Virus record (IMG/VR): IMGVR_UViG_3300032164_000001 | DNA: 64,000 nucleotides | Source: a virus | Reading direction: 5' to 3' (one strand) | Part shown: one piece after another, positions 55,908-64,000 of the stretch | How positions within the stretch are numbered: the first letter of the stretch is position 1 | Layout of the letters: each line of letters begins with the position of its first letter | Notes under the pieces: generated by a model | What the model saw: only the letters and a program-made list of their open reading frames with translations | Told to the model about the DNA's origin: nothing | Database searches by the model: none | Translations under genes and position numbers: made by a program

Positions 55908-58900
55908 ATGCCAGCCACCGATTACGGCATTGTAGAATCTGATGCTCAGCAGGTACAAGTTACCTCGGCTTGGCTGATACGTTGTATTCCTGGCAGTGAA
56001 GAATCTATTCTTTTTCGCTCAGACGAGAACGTCGCAATCTTAACCGAGCTTGAATTCGATCAACAACAAGTAGAGACATATTCTGCCACATGGCTCGAGC
56101 AGTACCATCCCGGTTCGGTTGAATCTATTCTTTTTCGCTCAGACGAGAACGTCGCAATCTTAACCGAGCTTGAATTCGATCAACAACAACGGAGTGTCGA
56201 GGCCGTCCCCTGGCTGGATTCCGGGATGGCAACGCTCGAACCGTCCATTGACATGGCTCAGGCCCAGGGCAGCGAGCCGTTCATCGATCTTGTGCGCACC
56301 ACACCAGTGACCGGCGCAGTAGAAGTCGGTGTCGGTTCGCCAATCATTCTATACGTAGCCGATCGTATTGCCAAGCGCGAAGTACCAGTAGAACTCATAG
56401 CAGCCAACGAATACACATCCACTCCCACACCTGCACACGGTGTTGCAGATCTCAAGACCACTATCAGGGTGAAGATCGGTGAGGGAACGTGGGCAACCAT
56501 CTACTCTTCCGGCTCCGCGCAGGGCGGATGGACTGTGGCCGCACAGACAGACCTGCTATATCAAGGTTACAAATACACACTGACGCCACCAACCCCTTTT
56601 CCACCAAACACGCCTATCGTCTTCGGCGTGGACATGGAGGACCAGGATCGCAATTTCGCCCATGACGAGACATATGGATTCACTACGGCCAAAGCCGTAT
56701 CAGCCACGGATTATGGTGTTGTAGAAGTAGATTTTCAACAACAAACAGAATACACTGCGCCATGGCTATTGGCACAAGGGCCAAATGCCGAGGAATCCAT
56801 CTTTTACCGTATAGACGAAATCATAGACAATCTGGTTGAATCTGAATTCGACCAGCAGCAGTTGGAGGTCTATACGGCGCCATGGCTTGAGAACTGCTTA
56901 CCTGGAAGTATCGAGTCTACACTATTCCGTATAGACGAAATCATAGACAATCTGGTTGAATCTGAATTCGACCAGCAGCAGCAAGGTCAAGAGGTGCCGC
57001 CGTGGGTTCCGTTATTCGACACATTCGAACTCATCACTGCCACTGCTCCGGTTCAACTCAGTGAGCCATTTGTTGATTACACTCGCACACTACCAGTATC
57101 CGGCGCGGCAAATGTCCAAACAGACTCTACAATCGTATTGTATGTAGCAGACAAGATCGCCAAGCGCGAATCACACATAGAACTGGTTGCAGCAGACATC
57201 TATAGTTACACGCCGGAGCCAGCTCGTGGTATAGCAGACCTGAAGACAGTTATTAGAGTGAAGTATGGCTCTGGTGCGTGGGTCACCATTTACTCCAACG
57301 GTGCAGCACAAAGTGGTTGGACAGTAGACAAGCAAGTAGATCAGTTCTATCAAGGATACAAGTACACTCTCACGCCCGGCGCAGCCTTCCCAAACCTCAC
57401 ATCCGTCCTCTTTGCAATTACCATGGAGGACCAAGATCACAACTTTGCATGCGATGAGAGCTATGGATTCACCACAGTAAGATACATACCGGCTACGGAC
57501 TATGGAGTTGTGGAACTAGATGCCTGCCAGGGAACCGAATCTCAACCATGGCTGATGGTATGCACACCAGGCAGCGAGCAGCCAATATTCCACGAGATAA
57601 CTTCCGATTTACTACCGGCACAATTTGACCATCAGCAGCAACAGCAAGAAGTGCCACTGTGGGCCCCACAATTCGAATCGTTTGAAGTAGCTTCCATTGT
57701 GGCCCCTGCACAGGGCAGCGAGCCATTCATTGACTACACCCGCACGTGGCCACAGACAGGTACACTTGATGTGCAGCCAAGCTCATCGATCGTACTCTAT
57801 GTCGCAGATCGCATAGCCAAGCGTGAAACCCATGTACTGCTTGTTGAAGCAGATGAATTCGCCAGCACGCCTGAGCCAGCACGTGGCATAGCAGACCTGA
57901 AGACGGTTATCAGAGTGAAGTATGGCTCTGGGACATGGACAACTGTTTACTTTTCTGGCTCCGCACAAAACGGTTGGACAGTAGACAAACAGACGGACCT
58001 GCTGTATAAAGGTTACAAGTACATACTCACACCACCGGTAGCCTTTCCAGACTTCACTCAGATTCGCTTCGGTGTGAGCGCAGAAGACCAGGATAGAAAT
58101 TTCTCGTATGATGAGACATATAACTTCAGCACAACCGAAAGTTTCACATATGGCTCATGCAGCCTGGGGATGGAAATGACAACAGTTTACATCAAGACCG
58201 GCGACAAAGAGCCACTACAGGCCATGGTTGTGGATACTGACGGAATACCGACGATCGGGCTGATTGACGTGAAGGCCAAGATTCGTCGGCTGTCCGATGG
58301 CCTGTACTACGACTGGACAGACAACCGGTTCAAGGCCGGAGTCAGTGTTGCAAAACTGATGGAGGCGCTGTCCGAGGTGTCATCCATCTACTTCAAGGGC
58401 GAGTACATCCTGAACACAGTCGATCATCCCATGGGGTGGGACACAGCGAAGATCGCCAACGTCAACGCTGATGATGTTTATCACGTCACGGTGGACCAAG
58501 ACGGTGCACGGACGGCCGGCAATCTCCCACAGATCGGGGAAATCAAGGCCGGCCGTTGGGTCGACATGTTGAATGCGCAAGTCTCTACACGTGCAACACC
58601 CGACGATGTGGAGACACGGGCGACGACAGTGATCCGTGACTTCGGCCTCGACCACCTCGTGTCGGTCAACCCCGGCATTGTGCCCCCAGCGGCCAACACG
58701 TACATCAGGCAGATCCTGGACAAAGAGAACCAGATACTGGCTGGTAGTAACTCTTGCAACGTGAAACAGAGCTTTGCCTACGATCCAGCACTTGACCTCA
58801 TCACTGGCCAGCTCTGGGTCGAGAAGAACAACCGTGTCAACGACGACACGATCTCCATGACCATGAGTTGGTATGACGAGGATGGAAACTTCGTCTTCAG

Positions 58901-59054
58901 CGCGGCTGGCGTGCCCGACCTGCAGGGTGTCTACAAGGTGAGCAAGACCACTCCTGGTCTGGTGCGCAACCGGTCCTATTACACGGTTGTCACTGCCAAC
59001 TTGCCGGAGATCGGCACCGTCACCAGTGCCAAGGGCACATTCACGGTGGGTTGA
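55908..59054 (+). CDS. Large structural protein with three ~260-aa internal repeats
   Basis: Three copies of ATDYG.VE...SEPF.D...LYVAD.IAKRE...ADLKT.IRVK...GYKY.LTP...EDQD.NF. Confidence 0.8.
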   Translation: MPATDYGIVESDAQQVQVTSAWLIRCIPGSEESILFRSDENVAILTELEFDQQQVETYSATWLEQYHPGSVESILFRSDENVAILTELEFDQQQRSVEAVPWLDSGMATLEPSIDMAQAQGSEPFIDLVRTTPVTGAVEVGVGSPIILYVADRIAKREVPVELIAANEYTSTPTPAHGVADLKTTIRVKIGEGTWATIYSSGSAQGGWTVAAQTDLLYQGYKYTLTPPTPFPPNTPIVFGVDMEDQDRNFAHDETYGFTTAKAVSATDYGVVEVDFQQQTEYTAPWLLAQGPNAEESIFYRIDEIIDNLVESEFDQQQLEVYTAPWLENCLPGSIESTLFRIDEIIDNLVESEFDQQQQGQEVPPWVPLFDTFELITATAPVQLSEPFVDYTRTLPVSGAANVQTDSTIVLYVADKIAKRESHIELVAADIYSYTPEPARGIADLKTVIRVKYGSGAWVTIYSNGAAQSGWTVDKQVDQFYQGYKYTLTPGAAFPNLTSVLFAITMEDQDHNFACDESYGFTTVRYIPATDYGVVELDACQGTESQPWLMVCTPGSEQPIFHEITSDLLPAQFDHQQQQQEVPLWAPQFESFEVASIVAPAQGSEPFIDYTRTWPQTGTLDVQPSSSIVLYVADRIAKRETHVLLVEADEFASTPEPARGIADLKTVIRVKYGSGTWTTVYFSGSAQNGWTVDKQTDLLYKGYKYILTPPVAFPDFTQIRFGVSAEDQDRNFSYDETYNFSTTESFTYGSCSLGMEMTTVYIKTGDKEPLQAMVVDTDGIPTIGLIDVKAKIRRLSDGLYYDWTDNRFKAGVSVAKLMEALSEVSSIYFKGEYILNTVDHPMGWDTAKIANVNADDVYHVTVDQDGARTAGNLPQIGEIKAGRWVDMLNAQVSTRATPDDVETRATTVIRDFGLDHLVSVNPGIVPPAANTYIRQILDKENQILAGSNSCNVKQSFAYDPALDLITGQLWVEKNNRVNDDTISMTMSWYDEDGNFVFSAAGVPDLQGVYKVSKTTPGLVRNRSYYTVVTANLPEIGTVTSAKGTFTVG
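56001..56189 (+). repeat. Exact 69-bp direct repeat (56001-56069 and 56121-56189)
   Basis: Identical sequence at a 120-bp period, in frame. Confidence 0.95.
56807..56981 (+). repeat. Exact 55-bp direct repeat (56807-56861 and 56927-56981)
   Basis: Identical sequence at a 120-bp period, in frame. Confidence 0.95.
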
Positions 59055-59067
59055 CGAGAACGAACTG

Positions 59068-59574
59068 ATGTACTTGATGACCTACAGCAGTGACGTCTCC
59101 CAGGGCCTACACATGGCCGGAAGTGCCTACGTACCAGATTCGATGATCACCACTTCCGATGTGGAAGTGCAGCAACTGTATGTGCAGGTCTACGTAGCCG
59201 TCTACTACGACGCCTGCAGAAAGCTCATCGTCGGCCCTGATGCACGGCTGCTCATCGAGATCTTACCCGACATGCTGATGGCGTTGCGGATCGATCCTGA
59301 CGTCGTTCAGCACCTGTTCGACAGTGGCTACGCTTCGACCGAGCTGGCCATCGGACCAGACGCCTTCGCCAGAGTGGAGCTCAGCCTGACGGAACGTGGC
59401 CTGAGAGTGGGTCCACAAGCAGAGGCTCAAATCCAGATCATGCCGGATGGATCGGCGCAAATAAGTATTTCACCCGACTGTCTTGTCAAGCTACAATCTG
59501 GCGGAGGCGGCAAAGTGTTGCAGGTCGGACCGGATGCAATAGCCAAACTCATCATCGACGTCTGTGGAGACTGA
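59068..59574 (+). CDS. Hypothetical protein with ~10-aa (L/I)x(V/I)xPD repeats
   Basis: LIVGPD, IEILPD, LRIDPD, LAIGPD, LRVGPQ, IQIMPD, ISISPD, LQVGPD. Confidence 0.65.
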   Translation: MYLMTYSSDVSQGLHMAGSAYVPDSMITTSDVEVQQLYVQVYVAVYYDACRKLIVGPDARLLIEILPDMLMALRIDPDVVQHLFDSGYASTELAIGPDAFARVELSLTERGLRVGPQAEAQIQIMPDGSAQISISPDCLVKLQSGGGGKVLQVGPDAIAKLIIDVCGD

Positions 59575-59575
59575 C

Positions 59576-59974
59576 ATGAGCGCACAGTACGACATCACGG
59601 CGGATTATCTGATAAAGTCCGGGTTCCGACCGATTCATGCTGGGGATGACTACGATCACTTCTTCACCGTGGAGAGACCACCGGGTACGGCGCTGTCACT
59701 CGCATTGGCCAAGATCTGGTTCACCATCAAGGAGGACGCCGTCGACTCTGATGCCGAGGCCAAGCTCCAGTACACAACAGACAGCGCGGACGAGATCGAG
59801 ATCACGGCTCCTGCCACCGGTGCATTCACTATTCATCTGGCAGCAGCCGATACAGAGAATCTGGCCGGAACCTGGCAGTACGACGTACAGGTCAAGTTGA
59901 GCACAGCGAAGATCATCACCATCGCTCGAGGGTTCATCGAGTTCCTGCCGCACATCACGTACGCCAGGAGCTGA
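59576..59974 (+). CDS. BppU N-terminal-like structural protein
   Basis: IHAGDD...IWFTIK...G.FTIHL...DTENL.G.WQYDVQV; GGAG RBS. Confidence 0.7.
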   Translation: MSAQYDITADYLIKSGFRPIHAGDDYDHFFTVERPPGTALSLALAKIWFTIKEDAVDSDAEAKLQYTTDSADEIEITAPATGAFTIHLAAADTENLAGTWQYDVQVKLSTAKIITIARGFIEFLPHITYARS

Positions 59975-60001
59975 ATTCGTTTCTTCGAAAAGGAGAAAAC
60001 C

Positions 60002-60529
60002 ATGAGAGCAAGAAACGCAGTGGCAGTGCTGACAACAGTGTGGTTCATCACGGCAGTTGCCCTCGCTCAGGAGAAGAAAGAAGCGGTGAAGGCTGTACCG
60101 GTGAAGACGACAGTGAAGGCTCCGGCAAAAACTGACCCGGCGATTCCAACTGCCCCGGTTGCCGTAAAGGAAGCGGTGACGGTGAAGACTCCAACCACAC
60201 AGCCTGTGTCCTCCGACGACGCAGGTGGCATCCTGGGAGCGATCCTCGCTGCAGCGAAAGGAGGCAAGTGGGCCTTGATGGTTGGATTCATCGTGATGCT
60301 CCTCACGTGGCTCGTTAACAAGATTCTCCGAGGGAAGATCCCTTCAGCGGTGATGCCATGGTTAGCTATCGGCCTGTCAATGATCGCAGCGGTCGCGTTC
60401 TCACTGAGTACGGGAGCTGGATGGCTGAACGCGTTCATCGTCGGAGTGCAATCCGGTTTGATCGCGGCCGGCAGCTGGAGTGCCTTCGGCAAGTACCTAC
60501 CGGTGATTGGCAAACCGGAGGTGAAATAA
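60002..60529 (+). CDS. Multi-TM membrane protein, putative holin
   Basis: Signal-like N-terminus, Pro/Thr linker and three hydrophobic helices; AAGGAG RBS. Confidence 0.6.
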   Translation: MRARNAVAVLTTVWFITAVALAQEKKEAVKAVPVKTTVKAPAKTDPAIPTAPVAVKEAVTVKTPTTQPVSSDDAGGILGAILAAAKGGKWALMVGFIVMLLTWLVNKILRGKIPSAVMPWLAIGLSMIAAVAFSLSTGAGWLNAFIVGVQSGLIAAGSWSAFGKYLPVIGKPEVK

Positions 60530-60531
60530 AC

Positions 60532-60867
60532 ATGTCATGGTGGCGACAGAACTGGCGAATCGGCGTCGGACTCATCGCCGCCGGTCTCGGCTGCATTGTA
60601 GTGCTCGTGCTCTGGATCATGAAACGAGGAAAGGAGGCCGAGGAGCTCCGTGCAAAGCTCGCCATGATGAACACCACCTTGAAGGTAGCAGGCCTGGAGG
60701 CCGACAAGAAGGCTCGAGGCAAGGAGCTTGAACAGAACAGCGTGGAGTCTGTCAAGCTCGACGCCAGGATCGTACAGGCCAAGAAGGACACCGTGGCCAA
60801 GGTACAATCGGTCAAGGAGATGTCAGATGCTGAAGTCATCGAGGCGTTCAAGAAACTCGGCTACTGA
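60532..60867 (+). CDS. Putative i-spanin-like protein
   Basis: N-terminal TM followed by coiled coil; GGAGG RBS. Confidence 0.55.
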   Translation: MSWWRQNWRIGVGLIAAGLGCIVVLVLWIMKRGKEAEELRAKLAMMNTTLKVAGLEADKKARGKELEQNSVESVKLDARIVQAKKDTVAKVQSVKEMSDAEVIEAFKKLGY

Positions 60868-61294
60868 AGTGCTGATCGTTACTGCATTACTCTGCCTGAG
60901 CGCACCGGTTTGGGCGCAGACCGAAGCGCCTGCAGCTCCTCTTGGCTCACAGCCCTACACGTTGCATGGTGTGGACGGCTTGTGGTTTCCCATGACGTCG
61001 GCTCGCAAGCTGCTCACGGATGTGTTGAAGGGCTCAGAGATGGAGCAGACGCTGAAGCTGATCGAGCAGCGCCTACAGTTCGAGAAGGACCGCAGCGAGC
61101 TCCTGAACCGCAACGTGAAGACCATCGAGCAGATCGCTGTCCAGTGGAAGGGCACCGCCGAGGCGCAAGCCAAGCAACTAGCCACAGCAATCCCATGGTG
61201 GAGGCACCCCTACCTCTGGACAGCCGTCGGATTCGTCGTCGGAACCGGCGTGACCGTCGGCCTCACCTTCGCGGCCCAACGGGCCACGAATTAA
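60827..61294 (+). CDS. Exported coiled-coil protein with C-terminal anchor (spanin partner-like)
   Basis: AGGAG RBS; overlaps the preceding gene; signal peptide ending PVWA/Q; C-terminal hydrophobic helix. Confidence 0.55.
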   Translation: MLKSSRRSRNSATEVLIVTALLCLSAPVWAQTEAPAAPLGSQPYTLHGVDGLWFPMTSARKLLTDVLKGSEMEQTLKLIEQRLQFEKDRSELLNRNVKTIEQIAVQWKGTAEAQAKQLATAIPWWRHPYLWTAVGFVVGTGVTVGLTFAAQRATN

Positions 61295-61315
61295 GAGCAC
61301 TCTTCCTTCAATCCA

Positions 61316-61396
61316 CTTCTCTCTTCTCCCTTCTCTTCCTCCTTCTCCCTTCTCTTCCTCCTTCTCCCTTCTCTTCCTACTTCTCCTTCCTCTTCT
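61316..61396 (+). repeat. Polypyrimidine tract with three 19-bp tandem repeats
   Basis: CTTCTCCCTTCTCTTCCTC at 61323, 61342 and 61361 (last base A) plus a degenerate fourth copy; one purine in 81 nt. Confidence 0.92.
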
Positions 61397-61425
61397 AGGA
61401 ATAGCCGTTTCCCCGCATAATTGTC

Positions 61426-61496
61426 TTGACAGTTCCACATTGCATAATATAGAATGACGGGTGGTTGGGGTGGGTTAAGGTTTGTATATAGGGGGT
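61426..61496 (+). promoter_or_regulatory. Sigma70-like promoter plus G-rich element, copy 2
   Basis: TTGACA(61426)-N18-TAGAAT(61450), then ACGGGTGGTTGGGGTGGGTTAAGGTTTGTATATAGGGGGT. Confidence 0.7.
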
Positions 61497-61536
61497 TGTT
61501 AAATGAATCCAAGAGCTTGCGTCAGCACTGAATCAT

Positions 61537-61752
61537 CTAGTAATAGTTTTTGACTTCGGAGACGGCTTGAACGGTCTGGAGATCTACGTAGACTGGCGTC
61601 GAGCGATGAGCGAACTTGTCGCTGTCGAGAATGAGAAGCCCGTCGTCGTCCAATCGGTTGAAGAAACCGACGATCACGTGCTGGGCCATCAGAGTCAACT
61701 TGATCTCAGTGCCAGGTCGCAGACCGATTTTCCGAAAGAGCTCAGCAGTCAT
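61537..61752 (-). CDS. Small protein, possible Sm/LSm-like fold
   Basis: ATGA-coupled start at 61752; GTEIKLTL...IVGFFNRLDDDGLLIL...VYVDLQTVQAV. Confidence 0.55.
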   Translation of the reverse strand: MTAELFRKIGLRPGTEIKLTLMAQHVIVGFFNRLDDDGLLILDSDKFAHRSTPVYVDLQTVQAVSEVKNYY

Positions 61753-62180
61753 TTGCCCCACTCCGGGCAGTTCTTCATCACCCACTCGGCCGGGTCGCTC
61801 ACGATGACCTTCGCAGCCAGATAGCAGGTCCAGACCTCGTAGTCGCGAATCACGACCTCGCAGAGCGCTTTGGCCGCTTGCCGCATGGCCTCCGTTGGCT
61901 CCGTTCGCTCACCCTCCGGGTCGCCGTACTCCTCGTCGAGATACTCCAGGGCCTGCTCGAGAATGAGCTCCGGTTCGAGATCGGAGATAGAGAGCGCTCT
62001 GCTTCGCATGGCCACGAGCTCAAGCGTGGCCGGAAGGGAATCACATGCATCAAGAGCGGCCTCGATGGCTTCCTCCAGCTCGGTGTGAGAGTAGCGTTCC
62101 TCGTCCGGAGGACCCCAGTAGCAGTCGGAGAACTCCTCCAGGTCAGCCTTGGTCATGTCGTTGTATGAAAAAGTCTTCAT
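61749..62180 (-). CDS. Acidic hypothetical protein
   Basis: 143 aa; GAGGAG RBS; translationally coupled. Confidence 0.75.
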   Translation of the reverse strand: MKTFSYNDMTKADLEEFSDCYWGPPDEERYSHTELEEAIEAALDACDSLPATLELVAMRSRALSISDLEPELILEQALEYLDEEYGDPEGERTEPTEAMRQAAKALCEVVIRDYEVWTCYLAAKVIVSDPAEWVMKNCPEWGK

Positions 62181-62398
62181 CGGTCGACTCCTCTATGGCG
62201 TATGTCTATACGAAGAACTTCCTTGGCTTCATAACATGTGGCAAACGGTCCGTGTAGCATTTGGCCGTCAAAGAAATACCATCCAGGCAGATCGTATCCT
62301 AGAGCTTGCCACGAAGCCAAATCCGTCATCGTCAGGCTATCGCTAAGAATGAACACTGTATTGTCATGCAGTCCTAGCTCCTGTCTCGTCATGTGCAT
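62177..62398 (-). CDS. Hypothetical protein
   Basis: 73 aa; GWYF...HGPFAT motif; translationally coupled. Confidence 0.65.
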   Translation of the reverse strand: MHMTRQELGLHDNTVFILSDSLTMTDLASWQALGYDLPGWYFFDGQMLHGPFATCYEAKEVLRIDIRHRGVDR

Positions 62399-62401
62399 AC
62401 T

Positions 62402-62557
62402 TCACCCATTTCTCCTGCGTTCACCCTCGGACCTGCCGGTGTCTTCTTTGCGCCGATCGTAGCACTTGCTGCAATACGGCACGAGGACCAGCTTGGTGGG
62501 ATGCACATCGAGGTAGTGCTTCGTGTTCTCCTTGCAGGTAAGGCAGTATTTGATCAC
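62402..62557 (-). CDS. Small zinc-ribbon protein (51 aa, not in the ORF track)
   Basis: GTG overlapping the thyX stop; MIKYCLTC...YCSKC. Confidence 0.6.
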   Translation of the reverse strand: MIKYCLTCKENTKHYLDVHPTKLVLVPYCSKCYDRRKEDTGRSEGERRRNG

Positions 62558-63339
62558 GACAGCAGGTGACCGGAATGCGAGTGTAGGTCCTCAAGAATGA
62601 CCGGGATGGTTTTTTGGAAGTACTCAAACACTTGTTTTGCAAGTAGCTTGATCTCCCATTGCGCGTGCTCGTCCATGCGCATCTTGAAGAAGTGTCTCCA
62701 CTCTCGAAGATTGAAAGTGGTGTACACTTCCGTCTTGGTTGCATTTGGCAGAATGCTTCGTGCATCCTCTGCCGGAGTTCCCATTTCTCTCAATTGTTGG
62801 TATGTGCGATACGCACTAATGGCATCCAGTAGCATCACGCCAAGCGGAGATCGAATGTTTACACCCTCAGCCAACTTGCCCGGAGGTGCGATAACCAGCC
62901 TTTCACATACGACACCTTCGTCGGCTACATCTATTTCGCTTGGTGCGAGGAAGACAGAACTGCCCGCAGGAACATGACCAATCGTTGGTGGAACAATCAC
63001 CTTTAGACTACAGTCTGCGCTATCACCGGAGTAGTCACAAAATCTTTGTGATTCTTGCGTATAGGCTGCAATCCTATGCCTGACTAGTTGATGGGACATG
63101 GAGCGCGAGCCAACGAAACACACGGTGAAAGAAGCATGCTCCAGAATGCTATCGTGGCCCCATTGAATGGCCACCTTTCGTATGAAAGGTTCTGCACTGC
63201 CAGACTTGATGCGTCCTTCGCTCTTGTGTGAAACACGCCCGCATTCCTCAATCAACAGTAATGCACGGCTCGCCCACTCCGGATCAATTCGTGGCGTGAT
63301 CAATTCCACATGCGGTTCCACTATCTGTAGCTTCTCCAT
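62554..63339 (-). CDS. thyX: Flavin-dependent thymidylate synthase
   Basis: GHDSILEH; SRSMSHQLVRHRIAAYTQESQR (RHRX7S); EDARSILPNATKT; NLREWRHF; HAQWEI; GGAGG RBS before 63339. Confidence 0.97.
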   Translation of the reverse strand: MEKLQIVEPHVELITPRIDPEWASRALLLIEECGRVSHKSEGRIKSGSAEPFIRKVAIQWGHDSILEHASFTVCFVGSRSMSHQLVRHRIAAYTQESQRFCDYSGDSADCSLKVIVPPTIGHVPAGSSVFLAPSEIDVADEGVVCERLVIAPPGKLAEGVNIRSPLGVMLLDAISAYRTYQQLREMGTPAEDARSILPNATKTEVYTTFNLREWRHFFKMRMDEHAQWEIKLLAKQVFEYFQKTIPVILEDLHSHSGHLLS

Positions 63340-63880
63340 TATGTCCTCCATTCACGTTGTTATCTACTGCTGGCCTGGCACCAGATGCGCAAGCAAAATG
63401 CATGATGTTTTCGGCATTCTTGAAGAAGGCCGGACCGCTGCCGCCCCAGTCGCATGAGACAACACAGCCACTGGACTCATGCCATGAGAACCGCTTGCCG
63501 CAGACAGTGCATCTGGAGAACAGCCAGCGCTTCGCCTGCTGCAGTGGATGAACCTGTATCTTCCAGTGATGGACGTGCCACTTGGGGTGCCTCCACCACG
63601 GGCGGCCGAGCTTATCGCGCCACTGCCACCAAACGAACTTGACAGCCTCCTGCGCTTCGGGGGAAAGCATTTTCAGCTCGTCGACAATCCCTGGCCACCA
63701 GCCGTTCTGCTTGGTCAGCCTTGCGCCAAACCAGTCGCAGGAGTCATCGGAACCATCTGTCTCCGGATCGACATGCCAGATGGTAATCCAGCTCGGCCAA
63801 TACCATTTCTTGTTCGCCCAATTTCTCCGCTCAGGCCATGGGCGGCGAATCTCGAAGGCGACGGTCATCGGATCATGCAT
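63284..63880 (-). CDS. Trp-rich hypothetical protein with CxxC
   Basis: 198 aa; GGAA/GAGG upstream; overlaps the thyX start. Confidence 0.7.
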   Translation of the reverse strand: MHDPMTVAFEIRRPWPERRNWANKKWYWPSWITIWHVDPETDGSDDSCDWFGARLTKQNGWWPGIVDELKMLSPEAQEAVKFVWWQWRDKLGRPWWRHPKWHVHHWKIQVHPLQQAKRWLFSRCTVCGKRFSWHESSGCVVSCDWGGSGPAFFKNAENIMHFACASGARPAVDNNVNGGHNGEATDSGTACGIDHATN

Positions 63881-64000
63881 TGGAGGTTCATTCCTCTTCA
63901 GGTCGTGAGTATCGCGACACCGGTGAGGCGCCAGACGAAGTGTCGTAGGAAATGCAACACGTGGGATGCCCCTGAGGAGAGAAAGAGCAGACGGACCCTG

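Noticed and set aside
56001-56981. CRISPR-like repeat-spacer array
   Set aside because: Only two copies of each repeat, 55-69 bp long, in frame at a 120-bp period within a protein; no cas genes.
61178-61512. Arg/Glu-rich minus-strand ORFs
   Set aside because: They are translations of the purine/pyrimidine repeat tract.
1-64000. Stop-codon reassignment, tRNA genes, integrase or IS elements
   Set aside because: Genes tile densely in the standard code with TAA, TAG and TGA all used as stops; no cloverleaf, recombinase or transposase was recognised by eye (tRNAscan not run).

Overview
This window is part of a large tailed-phage (myovirus-type) genome with three transcription blocks. (1) A minus-strand morphogenesis operon (~39.3 kb to beyond base 1): portal, a giant ~1,820-1,866 aa multidomain protein ending in an XkdF-type prohead protease, scaffold, major capsid protein, neck, contractile sheath and tube, a frameshifting tail chaperone pair, tape measure, baseplate, and six paralogous fibre-like genes. 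(2) A divergent plus-strand block (39.5-61.3 kb) of head and tail decoration or fibre genes with two paralog triplets, a permuted NlpC/P60 enzyme, a free-standing degenerate intein (Hint) domain and holin/spanin-like genes. (3) The end of a minus-strand early block containing thyX. The main candidate for a new system is the protease fusion. It carries ASCH-like, Pol-beta-type nucleotidyltransferase, LigD-type phosphoesterase and ATP-dependent ligase domains, which suggests a capsid-packaged end-healing and sealing machine. The second candidate is a sigma70-like promoter plus ~40-nt G-rich element present in two copies. One copy is hidden antisense inside the giant gene; the other lies beside 19-bp pyrimidine repeats at the convergence point and may mark an R-loop origin. 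All functional calls come from recognising motifs by eye; no searches were run.
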